DNA of 64,000 nt from Vicinamibacterales bacterium (GCA_965200895.1 CBDAVM010000002.1:415077-479076), one strand, 5' to 3'; positions 28,643 to 37,565 are shown, counted from the first letter of the stretch. Notes: a model not told the origin generated them from the sequence alone. Numbers and translations: made by a program.

Positions 28643-30067
28643 ATGGAGACACTACACGGCATGGGCGTGCGTCTCGGCGCGGCGGCGGTGGTGCTGGCGG
28701 CCTCCGCAGCCGCCGGGCAGACCACCAACGACCCGTTCCCGGATCCCATTCCGGCGACCGAAGGCGTCATCAGGGTCGGCGTCGTCGAGTTCGCCGCGCT
28801 CCCGCTCGTCGACGGCCAGCCGCCGCGCATGATGCGGCTGGTCGACGAGCCGGGCACCGGACGCCTCTTCGTGAGCGACATGTGGGGTCTCGTCTACACC
28901 GTCAGCCACGACGGGGAGGCCGTGACGCGCTATCTCGATCTGCGGGAGCCGCGCTGGGGACTCGACGTCGAGGCGTCCCGCCGCGAACGCGGATTCCAGA
29001 GCTTCGCCCTGCATCCGCAGTTCGGCCTGCGCGGGACGCCGGGGTTCGGGAAGCTCTACACGTACACCGATACGAGCAACACCCGCCCGCCCGCCGACTT
29101 CACGCCCGATGGGGGCGCCGACGCGCAGGACACCATCCTGCTGGAGTGGACGGCCGCCGATCCGATCGCCGCGGTCTACGACGGCGGCCCGCCGCGCGAG
29201 CTGCTGCGCGTGGAGCAGCCGTTCCGCAACCACAACGGCGGACAGCTCGGCTTCAACCCGCTGGCGGCGCCCGGCGATCCGGACTTCGGCCTCCTGTACA
29301 TCGGATCGGCCGACGGCGGCAGCGGGGGAGATCCGCTCGACCTTGCGCAGGACCTCGGCTCGATCCTGGGCAAGGTCCTGCGCATCGATCCGCTCGGCTC
29401 GAACAGCGCCAACGGGCAGTACGGCATTCCCGCCGACAACCCGTTCGCGGGCGACGGCGACGACGGCGCGCTCGGCGAGATCTACGCCTACGGCGTCCGC
29501 AATCCGCAGCGCTTCGCCTGGGACGCCCGGAACGGCAACCTCTTCCTGGCGGACATCGGCCAGAACATCGTCGAGGAGATCAGCCTCGTGCCCCGCGGCG
29601 GCAACCTCGGCTGGAACGACTGGGAGGGGAGCTTCCGCTTCATCAGCCGGCAGGCGGTCAGCCTGGTCGATCCGCGCGGCGAGGCCGGCCTGTCGTTCCC
29701 GGTAGTGGAGTACGGACAGCTCGATCCCCTGTTCCAGCGCAGCTCCATGGCCACCGGGCTCGTCGTCTACCGGGACGATGCGATTCCCCAGCTCGCCGAC
29801 CGGGTGCTGTTCGGGGACGGTCCCAGCGGCGAGGTGTTCCACTTCTCCGCCGACCAACTGCCGGCGGGCGGCCAGGACGGGATGCGGCGCGTCCTGTTCG
29901 ACGACGGCGGGGAGACGAAGACGCTGCTGCAGATGATCCAGGAGAAGAACCGCAGTCAGGGCCGGCCGCCGGCCACGCGCGCCGATGTGCGCATCGATAC
30001 CGGCCCCGGCGGGCAGGTCTTCCTGCTCAACAAGCACGACGGGGTCATCCGCCGGCTGGTACCGTGA
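28643..30067 (+). CDS. PQQ-dependent sugar dehydrogenase (soluble glucose/sorbosone dehydrogenase family)
   Basis: ORF 28625..30067. ATG at 28643 follows AGGAGG. Motifs: GFQSFALHPQF, HNGGQLGFNP, LRIDP, YAYGVRNPQRFAWD, GGNLGWN. Confidence 0.85.
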   Translation: METLHGMGVRLGAAAVVLAASAAAGQTTNDPFPDPIPATEGVIRVGVVEFAALPLVDGQPPRMMRLVDEPGTGRLFVSDMWGLVYTVSHDGEAVTRYLDLREPRWGLDVEASRRERGFQSFALHPQFGLRGTPGFGKLYTYTDTSNTRPPADFTPDGGADAQDTILLEWTAADPIAAVYDGGPPRELLRVEQPFRNHNGGQLGFNPLAAPGDPDFGLLYIGSADGGSGGDPLDLAQDLGSILGKVLRIDPLGSNSANGQYGIPADNPFAGDGDDGALGEIYAYGVRNPQRFAWDARNGNLFLADIGQNIVEEISLVPRGGNLGWNDWEGSFRFISRQAVSLVDPRGEAGLSFPVVEYGQLDPLFQRSSMATGLVVYRDDAIPQLADRVLFGDGPSGEVFHFSADQLPAGGQDGMRRVLFDDGGETKTLLQMIQEKNRSQGRPPATRADVRIDTGPGGQVFLLNKHDGVIRRLVP

Positions 30068-30073
30068 TGCCGT

Positions 30074-30103
30074 CCGGCGGTCGGAGCTTTTCTCGACCGC
30101 CGG
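30074..30103 (+). terminator. 10-bp stem-loop immediately after 28643..30067
   Basis: CCGGCGGTCG-GAGCTTTTCT-CGACCGCCGG. No strong U-tail. Confidence 0.35.
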
Positions 30104-30282
30104 CAGGAGCATCTTGAGGACCGGCGCGGCGAGACGTGATGCACGGCCCGGCGGTACGGGGCTTCCTGGCGACCGACGCGACGGGTGGTCCCCGGCTTCA
30201 CGCAGCGTGAGCGGCCGGACCGGTGCCGTCAGCGCTCTGTAGTTGCACACCATGTCGTCATTTTTCGTCTATTCTTGACGGC

Positions 30283-31437
30283 ATGGTTGGCGCCTTCAAC
30301 CGCCTGATCCGGCCGCCGGAGCAGAGCTTCTTCCTGCTCGGGGTGCGGGGCGTCGGCAAGAGCACGTGGGCACGCGCGGCCTTCCCGGACGCCGTCTACC
30401 TCGATCTGCTCGACGAGCGGCTGTACCAGGATCTGCTGGCCGACCCGTCGCTGTTCGCCCAGTCCGTCCAGCACCTCGACCCGGGGCGCCGGGTCGTCGT
30501 CGACGAGGTGCAGCGGCTGCCCGCGCTGTTGAACGAGGTGCACCGGCTGATCGAGACCCGCCGGCTGCGCTTCGCCCTGCTCGGATCCAGCGCACGCAAG
30601 TTGAAGGCCGCCGGCGTCAATCTGCTGGCCGGTCGGGCGCTGCCGAAGACCATGTTCCCGCTCACCGCGGCCGAGCTTGGCGACGCCTTCGACCTCGAGC
30701 GCGTGCTGCGCCACGGCTCGATTCCGCTCGTCTGGACGAGCGCCGACCCGCGCGCCGTGCTCGACGCCTACGTGCGCCTCTATCTGCGGGAGGAGATCCG
30801 CGCCGAGGCGCTGGTGCGGAACCTGCCCGGTTTCGCCCGCTTCCTGCCCGTGGCGGCGCTGTTCAACGGCCAGGTCGTCAACGTGTCCGGCATCGCCCGC
30901 GATGCCGGCGTCGCCCGCGCCACCGTGCAGGGGTACCTCGACATCCTGGAGGACACCCTTCTCGTGCACCGCCTGCCGGCGCACGAGGCGCGCGTGCGGG
31001 TGCGGGAGCGCCGGCTGCCGAAGCTCTACTGGGTCGACCCCGGCCTGGTGCGAGCAGTCAAGCGCCAGTTGGGCGATCTCGCCGTCGAGGAGCGCGGGCC
31101 GCTGCTGGAGTGCTGGGTGGTGACGACGCTGCGCGCACACGCCGAGGTCGGCGACCTCTGCGACGAGATGATGTACTGGGCGCCGCACGGGTCCGGCGCG
31201 GAGGTGGACGTCCTGCTGCGGCGCGGCGGCGAGTGGCTGGCGGTCGAGGTGAAGGCGACCGACCGCTACCACACGGGTCTGCTCAAGGGGTTGCGCGCCG
31301 TCGCCGCCCTGCCCGGCCTGGCGCGGCGCGTGCTGGTCTACACCGGCGACCGGTCGTTCCGCACTGCGGACGGCATCGAGATCTGGCCCGCCCTCCGCTT
31401 CGCGTCATCGGTCGCCGCCGGGGAACTCTGGCCATAG
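30283..31437 (+). CDS. AAA+ ATPase with DUF4143 domain
   Basis: Met 21 of ORF 30223..31437. Walker A GVRGVGKST, Walker B VVVDEVQ. The C-terminal region (W.P.....EVD.LL) is typical of AAA_14/DUF4143 proteins. Confidence 0.85.
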   Translation: MVGAFNRLIRPPEQSFFLLGVRGVGKSTWARAAFPDAVYLDLLDERLYQDLLADPSLFAQSVQHLDPGRRVVVDEVQRLPALLNEVHRLIETRRLRFALLGSSARKLKAAGVNLLAGRALPKTMFPLTAAELGDAFDLERVLRHGSIPLVWTSADPRAVLDAYVRLYLREEIRAEALVRNLPGFARFLPVAALFNGQVVNVSGIARDAGVARATVQGYLDILEDTLLVHRLPAHEARVRVRERRLPKLYWVDPGLVRAVKRQLGDLAVEERGPLLECWVVTTLRAHAEVGDLCDEMMYWAPHGSGAEVDVLLRRGGEWLAVEVKATDRYHTGLLKGLRAVAALPGLARRVLVYTGDRSFRTADGIEIWPALRFASSVAAGELWP

Positions 31438-31486
31438 GGAAGGCGTCGCCGGCGTCGATCCGATCGCGCGCCCCGAGGCGCAGCGG

Positions 31487-33475
31487 CTACGGCAGCGCCA
31501 GGGCGATGAGTTCCGGCCTGACCGTCTCGCTGTTGCCGGCGCCGACGGCCACCACGATGTACTGCTTGCCCTCGTGCAGGTAGGTGATCGGGTTGCCGTA
31601 GGGGATGGCGGGCAACTCGACCGAACCCAGGTACTCGCCGTTGTCCTTGTGGTACGCGCTGATGGCCTGCGCCGAGGCGATCTGGTCCTCGACGTAGCGC
31701 GCGCCGGAGTTGACGACGAGCAGCGTCTTCGTCACCAGCGGGCCGCCGCCGTGCATGCCGCCGTGGCCGCCCAGCGCCGGCAGGTTCAGATGCCGGATGG
31801 CCGGGTGGTTGCGCGGGCCGTCGCCGTGCGGGGCCATCCAGACGTGCTCACCGGTGTTCAGGTCGATGGCCGTCACGCGCTTGTAGGGCGGCTTGACCAG
31901 GGGCAGTCCGCGCGGGCCGGGCACGGGGACCGCCCACGGATCGGTGAAGTAGCCGACGGTGGCCGGCGGCGGGTACTCCACCAGCTCCACCGCCCGCAGC
32001 CGCGTCTGCGAGGGAACGAAGAGTCGGCCGGTCTCCGGATCGACGGCCGTGCCGGGCCAGTTGACGCCCCCGCCGGGACCGGGCGACTGGATGATCGGCC
32101 GCCCCTGCCCGCGCACCGGCGGCGGCGTGAAGATGGGGCCGAGCTGCGCCCGGCCGGCGATGCGGACGGCCTCCGCACGCAGCTCGGGCGTGAAGTCGAC
32201 CAGGTCGTCGATCGTGATGCCCTGCAGATCGAACGGTGCCGGCTTCGTCGGGAAGGGCTGTGTCGGCGAGTACCATTCGCCCGGGACGTTGCCTTGCGGC
32301 ACCGGCCGTTCCTCGATCGGCCACACCGGCTCGCCCGTCACGCGGTCGAAGACGTAGGTGAACGCCTGCTTGCTCGACTGTGCGATGGCCTTGATCTTCC
32401 GCCCGTCGACCGTGATGTCCAGCAGATTGCCGGCGGTGGGGAAGTCGTAGTCCCACAGGCCGTGGTGGACCGCCTGGAAGTGCCAGATCCGCTCCCCGGT
32501 CTCGGCGTCGACGCAGATGATGCTCTCGGCGAACAGGTTGTCGCCGGGCCGCATGCCGCCGTACCAGTCGTTGGTCGGCGTGCCGGTGGGTAGGTACACG
32601 TACCCGAGCTCCTCGTCCACCGCCATCGTGCCCCAGACGTTCGAGTGCCCGCTGTAGCGCCACGACTCGCCGTGCCAGGTGTCGGCCCCGAACTCCTCAC
32701 CCTGCGGGATGGTGTGGAAGATCCACTTCATCTCGCCGGTCCGCGCATCGAAGCCGCGCACGTGGCCCGGATCCGCCTCGCGGCGGGTGAGGCTCGTGTC
32801 CTGGACGATGCTGCCGACGATGACCGTGTCGCCGGCAATCGCCAGCGGCTGCGAGTGGGTGAAGCGCGAACGGTCGATGGCGCGGCCCAGCGACGCGCTC
32901 AGGTCGACGGCGCCGTCCGCCCCGAAGTCGGCGTACTGCTCGCCGGTCCGGGCGTTGAGCGCCACGAGCAGCAGGTCGTGGGTGGCGATGAAGATGCGGG
33001 CGTCATCACGCGCATCGTCCTCCCAGTAGGAAACGCCGCGGTGCTGCCATCCCATGTTGGCGGGCCGGTCGAGCCGGTCGTAGGTCTGCGGGTCGTAGGA
33101 CCAGACGAGCTCGCCGGTGCCCGCGTCGAGCGCCGCCACCTGCCCGAGCGACGTGCTCAGGTAGACCAGACCACCGATCATCAGCGACACCGACTTGAAC
33201 GGCCCCGGCCGGATGTCGTCCCGCTCGTGCGTCACCTCGGTCTCGATGGACGTCCAGCGCCAGGCGATCTCCAGGTCGGTGAAGTTGGCCGGCGTGATCC
33301 GGTCGAGCGGCGAGTACTTCGTGTTGGCTGCGTCGTGGCCGAAGTGCCGCCACTCGGTGTCGGCCTGCGACTGCGCGGCGGCGGGGCGCGGCGCAGTGAT
33401 CGCCACTGCGACCGTCAGCACGGTCAGTACGGCGGTGCTCGTCGCGTGGAGTCGAAGCCCCCGGCCACTGGTCAT
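31487..33475 (-). CDS. PQQ-dependent quinoprotein glucose/quinate-dehydrogenase-like enzyme (soluble, signal peptide, no N-terminal TM domain)
   Basis: Met 94 of ORF 31487..33754(-), GGGAGG upstream. Motifs: W.HFGHDAANTKYSPL, VHHGLWDYDFP, GGVNWPG. Confidence 0.85.
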   Translation of the reverse strand: MTSGRGLRLHATSTAVLTVLTVAVAITAPRPAAAQSQADTEWRHFGHDAANTKYSPLDRITPANFTDLEIAWRWTSIETEVTHERDDIRPGPFKSVSLMIGGLVYLSTSLGQVAALDAGTGELVWSYDPQTYDRLDRPANMGWQHRGVSYWEDDARDDARIFIATHDLLLVALNARTGEQYADFGADGAVDLSASLGRAIDRSRFTHSQPLAIAGDTVIVGSIVQDTSLTRREADPGHVRGFDARTGEMKWIFHTIPQGEEFGADTWHGESWRYSGHSNVWGTMAVDEELGYVYLPTGTPTNDWYGGMRPGDNLFAESIICVDAETGERIWHFQAVHHGLWDYDFPTAGNLLDITVDGRKIKAIAQSSKQAFTYVFDRVTGEPVWPIEERPVPQGNVPGEWYSPTQPFPTKPAPFDLQGITIDDLVDFTPELRAEAVRIAGRAQLGPIFTPPPVRGQGRPIIQSPGPGGGVNWPGTAVDPETGRLFVPSQTRLRAVELVEYPPPATVGYFTDPWAVPVPGPRGLPLVKPPYKRVTAIDLNTGEHVWMAPHGDGPRNHPAIRHLNLPALGGHGGMHGGGPLVTKTLLVVNSGARYVEDQIASAQAISAYHKDNGEYLGSVELPAIPYGNPITYLHEGKQYIVVAVGAGNSETVRPELIALALP

Positions 33476-33548
33476 CACATCCTCCCTGGTCACGAGTCGG
33501 GCGGCCCGCGCCCGGCCCGGTAGATCCGAAGCGTGGCCGCGCGGACGG

Positions 33549-34252
33549 TCAGTCGACGTATCGGCGGCTGAACGCCGGGGCGAGGCGTACGGCGAGGGCG
33601 TCGGCGCGTTCGGAGCGGGCGATGTCGTCCGGTTCGCGCAGCAGTTCCTCCAGATCGCGCGGACGCACGCCGGGCACCGCCGCGGACTCACCCGCTTCGC
33701 GCCAGCCGTCGGGTTCGGAGATGAGAACGACAGCGGTTCCTTCCGGCCGGGCATCGGTGCCGCCGGTGCGCGACCAGACCCGGACTTCGGGTACGTCGAG
33801 CCGTCGATATGCCGCGAGACGTTGCTCCGTCCGTGTCGGATTCAACGGCGTGGTGTCGATCTCGATGGCGAGGTCGGGGGGCGGGGCGGGGCGGCCGGCC
33901 CTCTGAGCGCCTCCAGCTTGGTCGGGCGCACGAAGAGCTGCACGTCCGGGTGACGCCGGTCCTCCTCATCCTCGATGGGCGCGGTGGTGCCGATGTGTCC
34001 GTGTGCGCCGGAGCGCCGCCGCAACGCTTCGAGCAATCTGAACAAATCGTCGGCCCGCGGGTCGTGATAGCGGCCGTTGGGCACCGCGTCGACCTCCAGG
34101 GCGCCCCGCGCGCCGTTGTAGCACGCGCTGCGCGGCAACTGCCTGCTGTCCATCAGTCGGTCGTAGCACTCGACCGGCATCGGGAAGATCAATGTGCCGT
34201 GCTCGAAGCGCAGATCGGAGTGCTCGTTGAAGACTGTGGTCTCGGCGGTCAT
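33549..34252 (-). pseudogene. Uma2-family (DUF820) endonuclease, frameshifted in a C/G-rich run near 33850-33900
   Basis: ORF 33842..34252(-) holds FEHGTLIFPMP...RHPDVQLFV. The next frame holds PPPDLAIEIDTTPLNPTRTEQRLAAYRRLDVPEVRVW (ORF 33549..33845 plus its upstream extension). Confidence 0.6.
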
Positions 34253-34353
34253 GCTGGACTGGTTCGATTCGTGCCGTCACCGTCCGCTATCGATCGTGTG
34301 ACGCCCGGTATTGTACTCGACGAGCGGGGCGGCGCAGCCCGCTTGCCCCGCTT

Positions 34354-34902
34354 GCTGCCGCAACCGTTCGGCGCGTAGTCTCCGGCGGCGTCGAGCGCGA
34401 AGAGAACAGGCTGAAATGTTGAGTATGGTAGTACCTTCCGCGCAACACGGCCCTTCCGAACGGCGAAGACCAGCGAGTCGGAACGCCCGAGCCCCCGACA
34501 GAGATCGAGAATCCAGAGCGCCTGCCTCGACAGCGGCACGCGATGCTCGCGGCCGTTCTTCATCCGCTCCTTCGGAACGGTCCACAACCCCGACTCGCAG
34601 TCGATCTCCGACCACGTCGCGCCGGCGGCCTCGTTGAAGCGACACGCCGTCAACACGATGAACACCAGCAGGAGCCGCACCGCCTCGTCGACGTCGTCCG
34701 CCGCCCGTACCGCCCGCACCGCGTCGGCGACCCGCTTATGCGGGAGACTCGGATGGTGATCCGGTTCCCGCTTCACCTTCGGCAGCAGCACCTTCAGCTC
34801 GGCCGCCGGGTTGTCCTGCCGGTACTTGTGGGCGACGGCGTGCTGCATCACGCTGTCGAGGCGCTGACGCAGCACGTACCCCTTCGAACCGCGGCCCTTC
34901 CA
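34354..34902 (-). pseudogene. P4-type tyrosine integrase, internal fragment (N-terminus and catalytic C-terminus missing or degenerate)
   Basis: Residues 80-262 of ORF 34249..35139(-): HAVAHKYRQDNPAAELKVLLPKVKREPDHHPSLP...LLLVFIVLTACRFNEAAGATWSEIDCESGLWTVPKERMKNGREHRVPLSRQAL. The expected HG.R box reads NGCG. Confidence 0.7.
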
Positions 34903-34911
34903 GCGCCGGGG

Positions 34912-34985
34912 GAGCTCCGCCCCCGTGCTACACCTTGTGATATCCAATCGCGCGCTTCCCGCGATCGGGACGCTCGAACGGCGTC
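34912..34985. repeat. dispersed repeat R1, copy A (74 bp; 73/74 identical to 41266..41339, same orientation)
   Basis: GAGCTCCGCCCCCGTGCTACACCTTGTGATATCCAATCGCGCGCTTCCCGCGATCGGGACGCTCGAACGGCGTC. Contains the palindrome GGGACGC-TCGAACG-GCGTC(C/T)C. Confidence 0.9.
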
Positions 34986-35020
34986 TCAGCCCCGACACCG
35001 CGAGCCTCCGGAGGCTCGCC

Positions 35021-35714
35021 TCACGCTTCTCGGCCAAGCTTCTCGGCGGCAATGCACGTCGTCGCGCAACCGCAGAACGGATCGAGAACGATGTTCCCCT
35101 CGTTGCTGGACGCTTTGACGATGCGCTCGAGGAGAGCAAGAGGCTTCTGCGTCGGGTAGCCGGTCAACTCTGGTGTCACCGGTGGTTGGACGTCCGTCCA
35201 GACACTGCCGAGTCGAGCCCCTTTCTCGAGGTCGCAGAATCGTCGGCGCTCCAGGCGACCGTCGTCATGGATGACGACCTTCCCGTCCTGGTATTCGGCC
35301 TCCAGCCGGTCCTTCGTGATACGCCAACCACTCGGGTGAGGATTCTCGTACCCACGCCACGAATAGCAAAGGTTCGGACGAGGTCCCATGTTGATCCCGC
35401 AGAAGTGGGCGATGCCGGTATATCAGCATGTAGGCCTTGCTGTGAGTCGATCCCGCGACCCGGACGACATCAGCGACGGCAGGATGCGGCGCCGACATCA
35501 AGTCGACCTCCTCAAGCTTCACGTCGTCGAGCGTCCACGTGTCCTTGAACGCGGCCCCGGCAGCCTTGCTGCCGATGGGCGCCGAGTACATCTTGTTGCT
35601 GTTGAACGGCGGGTCCAGGTAGATGAGGTCGACGCTCTCACTGTTCATCGAGTGCAGGACATCCAGGTTGTCCCCCGTGAACACCGTCCGGTTCGCCCAG
35701 TTCGGTACGCCCAC
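35021..35714 (-). pseudogene. N4/N6 DNA methyltransferase (PF01555-type, DPPF motif), with frameshift/internal deletion and truncated 3' end
   Basis: ORF 35265..35714(-): FTGDNLDVLHSM..SVDLIYLDPPFNSN. ORF 35021..35389(-): [35 protein letters not shown]. The central block and the end after KLGR are missing. Confidence 0.7.
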
Positions 35715-35904
35715 CTACAGCCAACATACCGATGCACATCCGGTTCCCTCGTCCGCCGCGGTCGCCAACCGCGGGTGCCCAAACACCACCCCTCAACCGC
35801 CGCCGCGACACCGACGCCATCCGCGCCGTGCGCGGCACCCACAGCAAGCCGTTCCCGACGCCGGGCAACCGCGAGATCGACGGTCGCATGATCATCGGGG
35901 CAGC

Positions 35905-36147
35905 GTCCTGCTCATCGTGCGCGGCGACAGCATGGCCGCAACCTGCATCCACGACGGCACCATCGTCGCCGTCAAGAAGACGCCCGACGCGCGGTCCGGA
36001 CAGATCGTCGTCGCCCGGTTCGGCGACGCACACGCAGGCACCGGCACGTCAACACAGGCCATCCGGTCCACGACACACCTCGACATGCCGCCGTTCCACG
36101 GGTGCGATCTTGTACAGTACGTCGTGATCAACCGTCGGTTGAAGTAG
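35905..36147 (+). pseudogene. LexA/S24-family peptidase, C-terminal fragment
   Basis: Tail of ORF 35623..36147: LLIVRGDSMAATCIHDGTIVAVKKTPDARSGQIVVARFGD. No intact wHTH domain; the Lys region is degenerate. Confidence 0.55.
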
Positions 36148-36151
36148 GATC
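36091..36151. repeat. dispersed repeat R2, copy A (61 bp; 59/61 identical to 42499..42559)
   Basis: CCGTTCCACGGGTGCGATCTTGTACAGTACGTCGTGATCAACCGTCGGTTGAAGTAGGATC. Covers the 3' end and stop of the S24 fragment. Confidence 0.9.
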
Positions 36152-36286
36152 ATTCGGCCGCATCTTCAGCGCCGGCCCCGCCCGCGAGATGCAGTTCGGC
36201 CTGCGCTACCGTTTCTGAACAGCCGGCCGGCGGCGACCGTGGCGACGGCTGCAGTCCGCGGCGCCGGATGGAGGGGACCAGAACCG

Positions 36287-37306
36287 ATGTCAGACCAGCT
36301 TCGCAAGCCCGCAGCGCCGCCCAGGCAGGGGCTCGCGCCGGTCGTGTCGCGATACAACAAGCTGCACGACGAGACCGCCGGCGGCACCGTGGATGCGCGC
36401 AACGCGCAGCGCATGGAGATGGTGAACGACTATTACGACCTGATCACCGACTTCTGCGAATATGGGTGGGGCGACTCCTTCCACTACGCCCCGCGCAAAC
36501 GGGGCGAATCGTACCGGGACTCGATCGTCCGCCACCAGGTGTTCCTGGCCAATGCTGTCGGGCTGCAGCCGGGCATGCGCGCGCTGGACGTGGGTTGCGG
36601 CGTGGGCGGTCCGTTGCGGACGATAGCCAGGGCCTCCGGCGCTTTCGTCGTCGGACTCAATAACCACGCGTATCAGCTCGAAAAGTGCAAGGCCTACAAC
36701 CTGGAGGCGGGCTTGCAGCATCAGACGGAGCTCCTCAAGGGCGACTTCATGAACATTCCGGCGGAGGCCGAATCGTTCGACGCCGCCTACGAGATCGAGG
36801 CCACCGCCCACACGGCCGACAAGGCGGGCGTTTTCTCCGAGATAGCACGGGTTCTGAAGCCTGGCGGCCTGTTCGGGGGCTACGAGTGGTGCATGACGTC
36901 GCGCTACGACCCGGACAATGCCGAGCACCGCGCCCTGAAGAAAGGCATCGAGCGGGGCAGTGCCGTCCCGGACGTGGCGGCCCCCGCAACGGTGCTCGCC
37001 GGCCTCGAGGCCGCTGGTTTCGAGGTTGTGGAAGCACGCGATCTGGCCCCGGAATCGGACCCGGAAACGCCCTGGCACAGCATCCTGGATCAGCGCGAAG
37101 TCAAACCCGTAAGTTCGCCGGAAACGACCGGCGGCCGGCGCGTCGCCGCCGTGCTGGCGCAAGTCCGGCAGGGCCTCGCCTTCGTGCCCAAGGGCACCTC
37201 CGAGGTGATGGCGGTGCTCGACTGTCTCGTGAACAGCACCAGGGACGCCGGCCGCCTCGGCATCTTCACACCGCTGTTCTATTTCAAGGCGCGCAAGCCC
37301 GCGTAG
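36287..37306 (+). CDS. sterol C-24 methyltransferase (ERG6/SMT1) homologue
   Basis: Met 17 of ORF 36239..37306, after GGAGGGG. Collinear over its full length with ERG6 as I recall it: YYDLITDFCEYGWGDSFHYAPR, LDVGCGVGGP, VVGLNNHAYQ, YEIEATAHT, VLKPGG, YEWCMT, and C-terminal IFTPLFYFKARKP. Confidence 0.85.
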   Translation: MSDQLRKPAAPPRQGLAPVVSRYNKLHDETAGGTVDARNAQRMEMVNDYYDLITDFCEYGWGDSFHYAPRKRGESYRDSIVRHQVFLANAVGLQPGMRALDVGCGVGGPLRTIARASGAFVVGLNNHAYQLEKCKAYNLEAGLQHQTELLKGDFMNIPAEAESFDAAYEIEATAHTADKAGVFSEIARVLKPGGLFGGYEWCMTSRYDPDNAEHRALKKGIERGSAVPDVAAPATVLAGLEAAGFEVVEARDLAPESDPETPWHSILDQREVKPVSSPETTGGRRVAAVLAQVRQGLAFVPKGTSEVMAVLDCLVNSTRDAGRLGIFTPLFYFKARKPA

Positions 37307-37354
37307 GCGCGCGCCAAGCTCACCCCTGACGTGCCCGGCTGCGAGGCAAGCCGC

Positions 37355-37406
37355 TCGAGTGATCTCGACGCGATGTCAAGAGAGCTCTGTGACGCACCGC
37401 ATCCTG
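37355..37406. repeat. dispersed repeat R5, copy A (52 bp; 44/52 identical to 39754..39805 inside the FN3 gene)
   Basis: TCGAGTGATCTCGACGCGATGTCAAGAGAGCTCTGTGACGCACCGCATCCTG. The minus-strand reading GCGASQSSLDIASRSLE matches GCGSSSSSLDVASRSLD in the FN3 gene. Confidence 0.7.
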
Positions 37407-37418
37407 CTAACTAACTAA
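37407..37418. other. CTAACTAACTAA: stop codons in all three frames on both strands
   Basis: TAA x3 on the plus strand and TAG x3 on the minus strand, each staggered by 4 nt. An isolated AT-rich 12-mer in GC-rich DNA, directly abutting the hairpin at 37420..37437. Confidence 0.9.
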
Positions 37419-37419
37419 A

Positions 37420-37437
37420 GCCGCTGCGCCCAGCGGC
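37420..37437 (-). terminator. intrinsic-terminator-like hairpin downstream of the NHLP precursor gene
   Basis: The minus strand reads GCCGCTG-GGCG-CAGCGGC followed by TTTAGTTAGTTAG, about 130 nt after the precursor stop codon. Confidence 0.45.
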
Positions 37438-37565
37438 GGCGGGCGGCCTGTACGATGTGCCGGGCGAGACGGGGGTCTCACCGCCTCGCTCGCGGAGGGG
37501 GGGAGCTCAACCCCCTGCCGGTCCTGATCTGAAGGACGCTCTCCGGATTGCCTTCAGCGATCAAC

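Noticed and set aside
34912-34985. Repeat R1 as a tRNA 3'-end fragment or att core of the P4-type integrase
   Set aside because: I tried to fold both strands. The GGGACGC/GCGTCCC stem with loop TCGAACG does not fit a T-arm (no TTCRA loop with a 5-bp stem, no acceptor or CCA context). The integrase fragment also lies outside, not inside, the R1-R1 interval. It is kept only as an unexplained repeat.
36287-37306. The SMT homologue as the tailoring methyltransferase of the neighbouring RiPP, or as eukaryotic contamination
   Set aside because: Full-length collinearity with ERG6, including the sterol-MT C-terminal domain, argues for a lipid substrate rather than a peptide. The bacterial SD, GC-rich codons and bacterial flanks argue against contamination. 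Neither possibility can be excluded without phylogeny and read-level checks.
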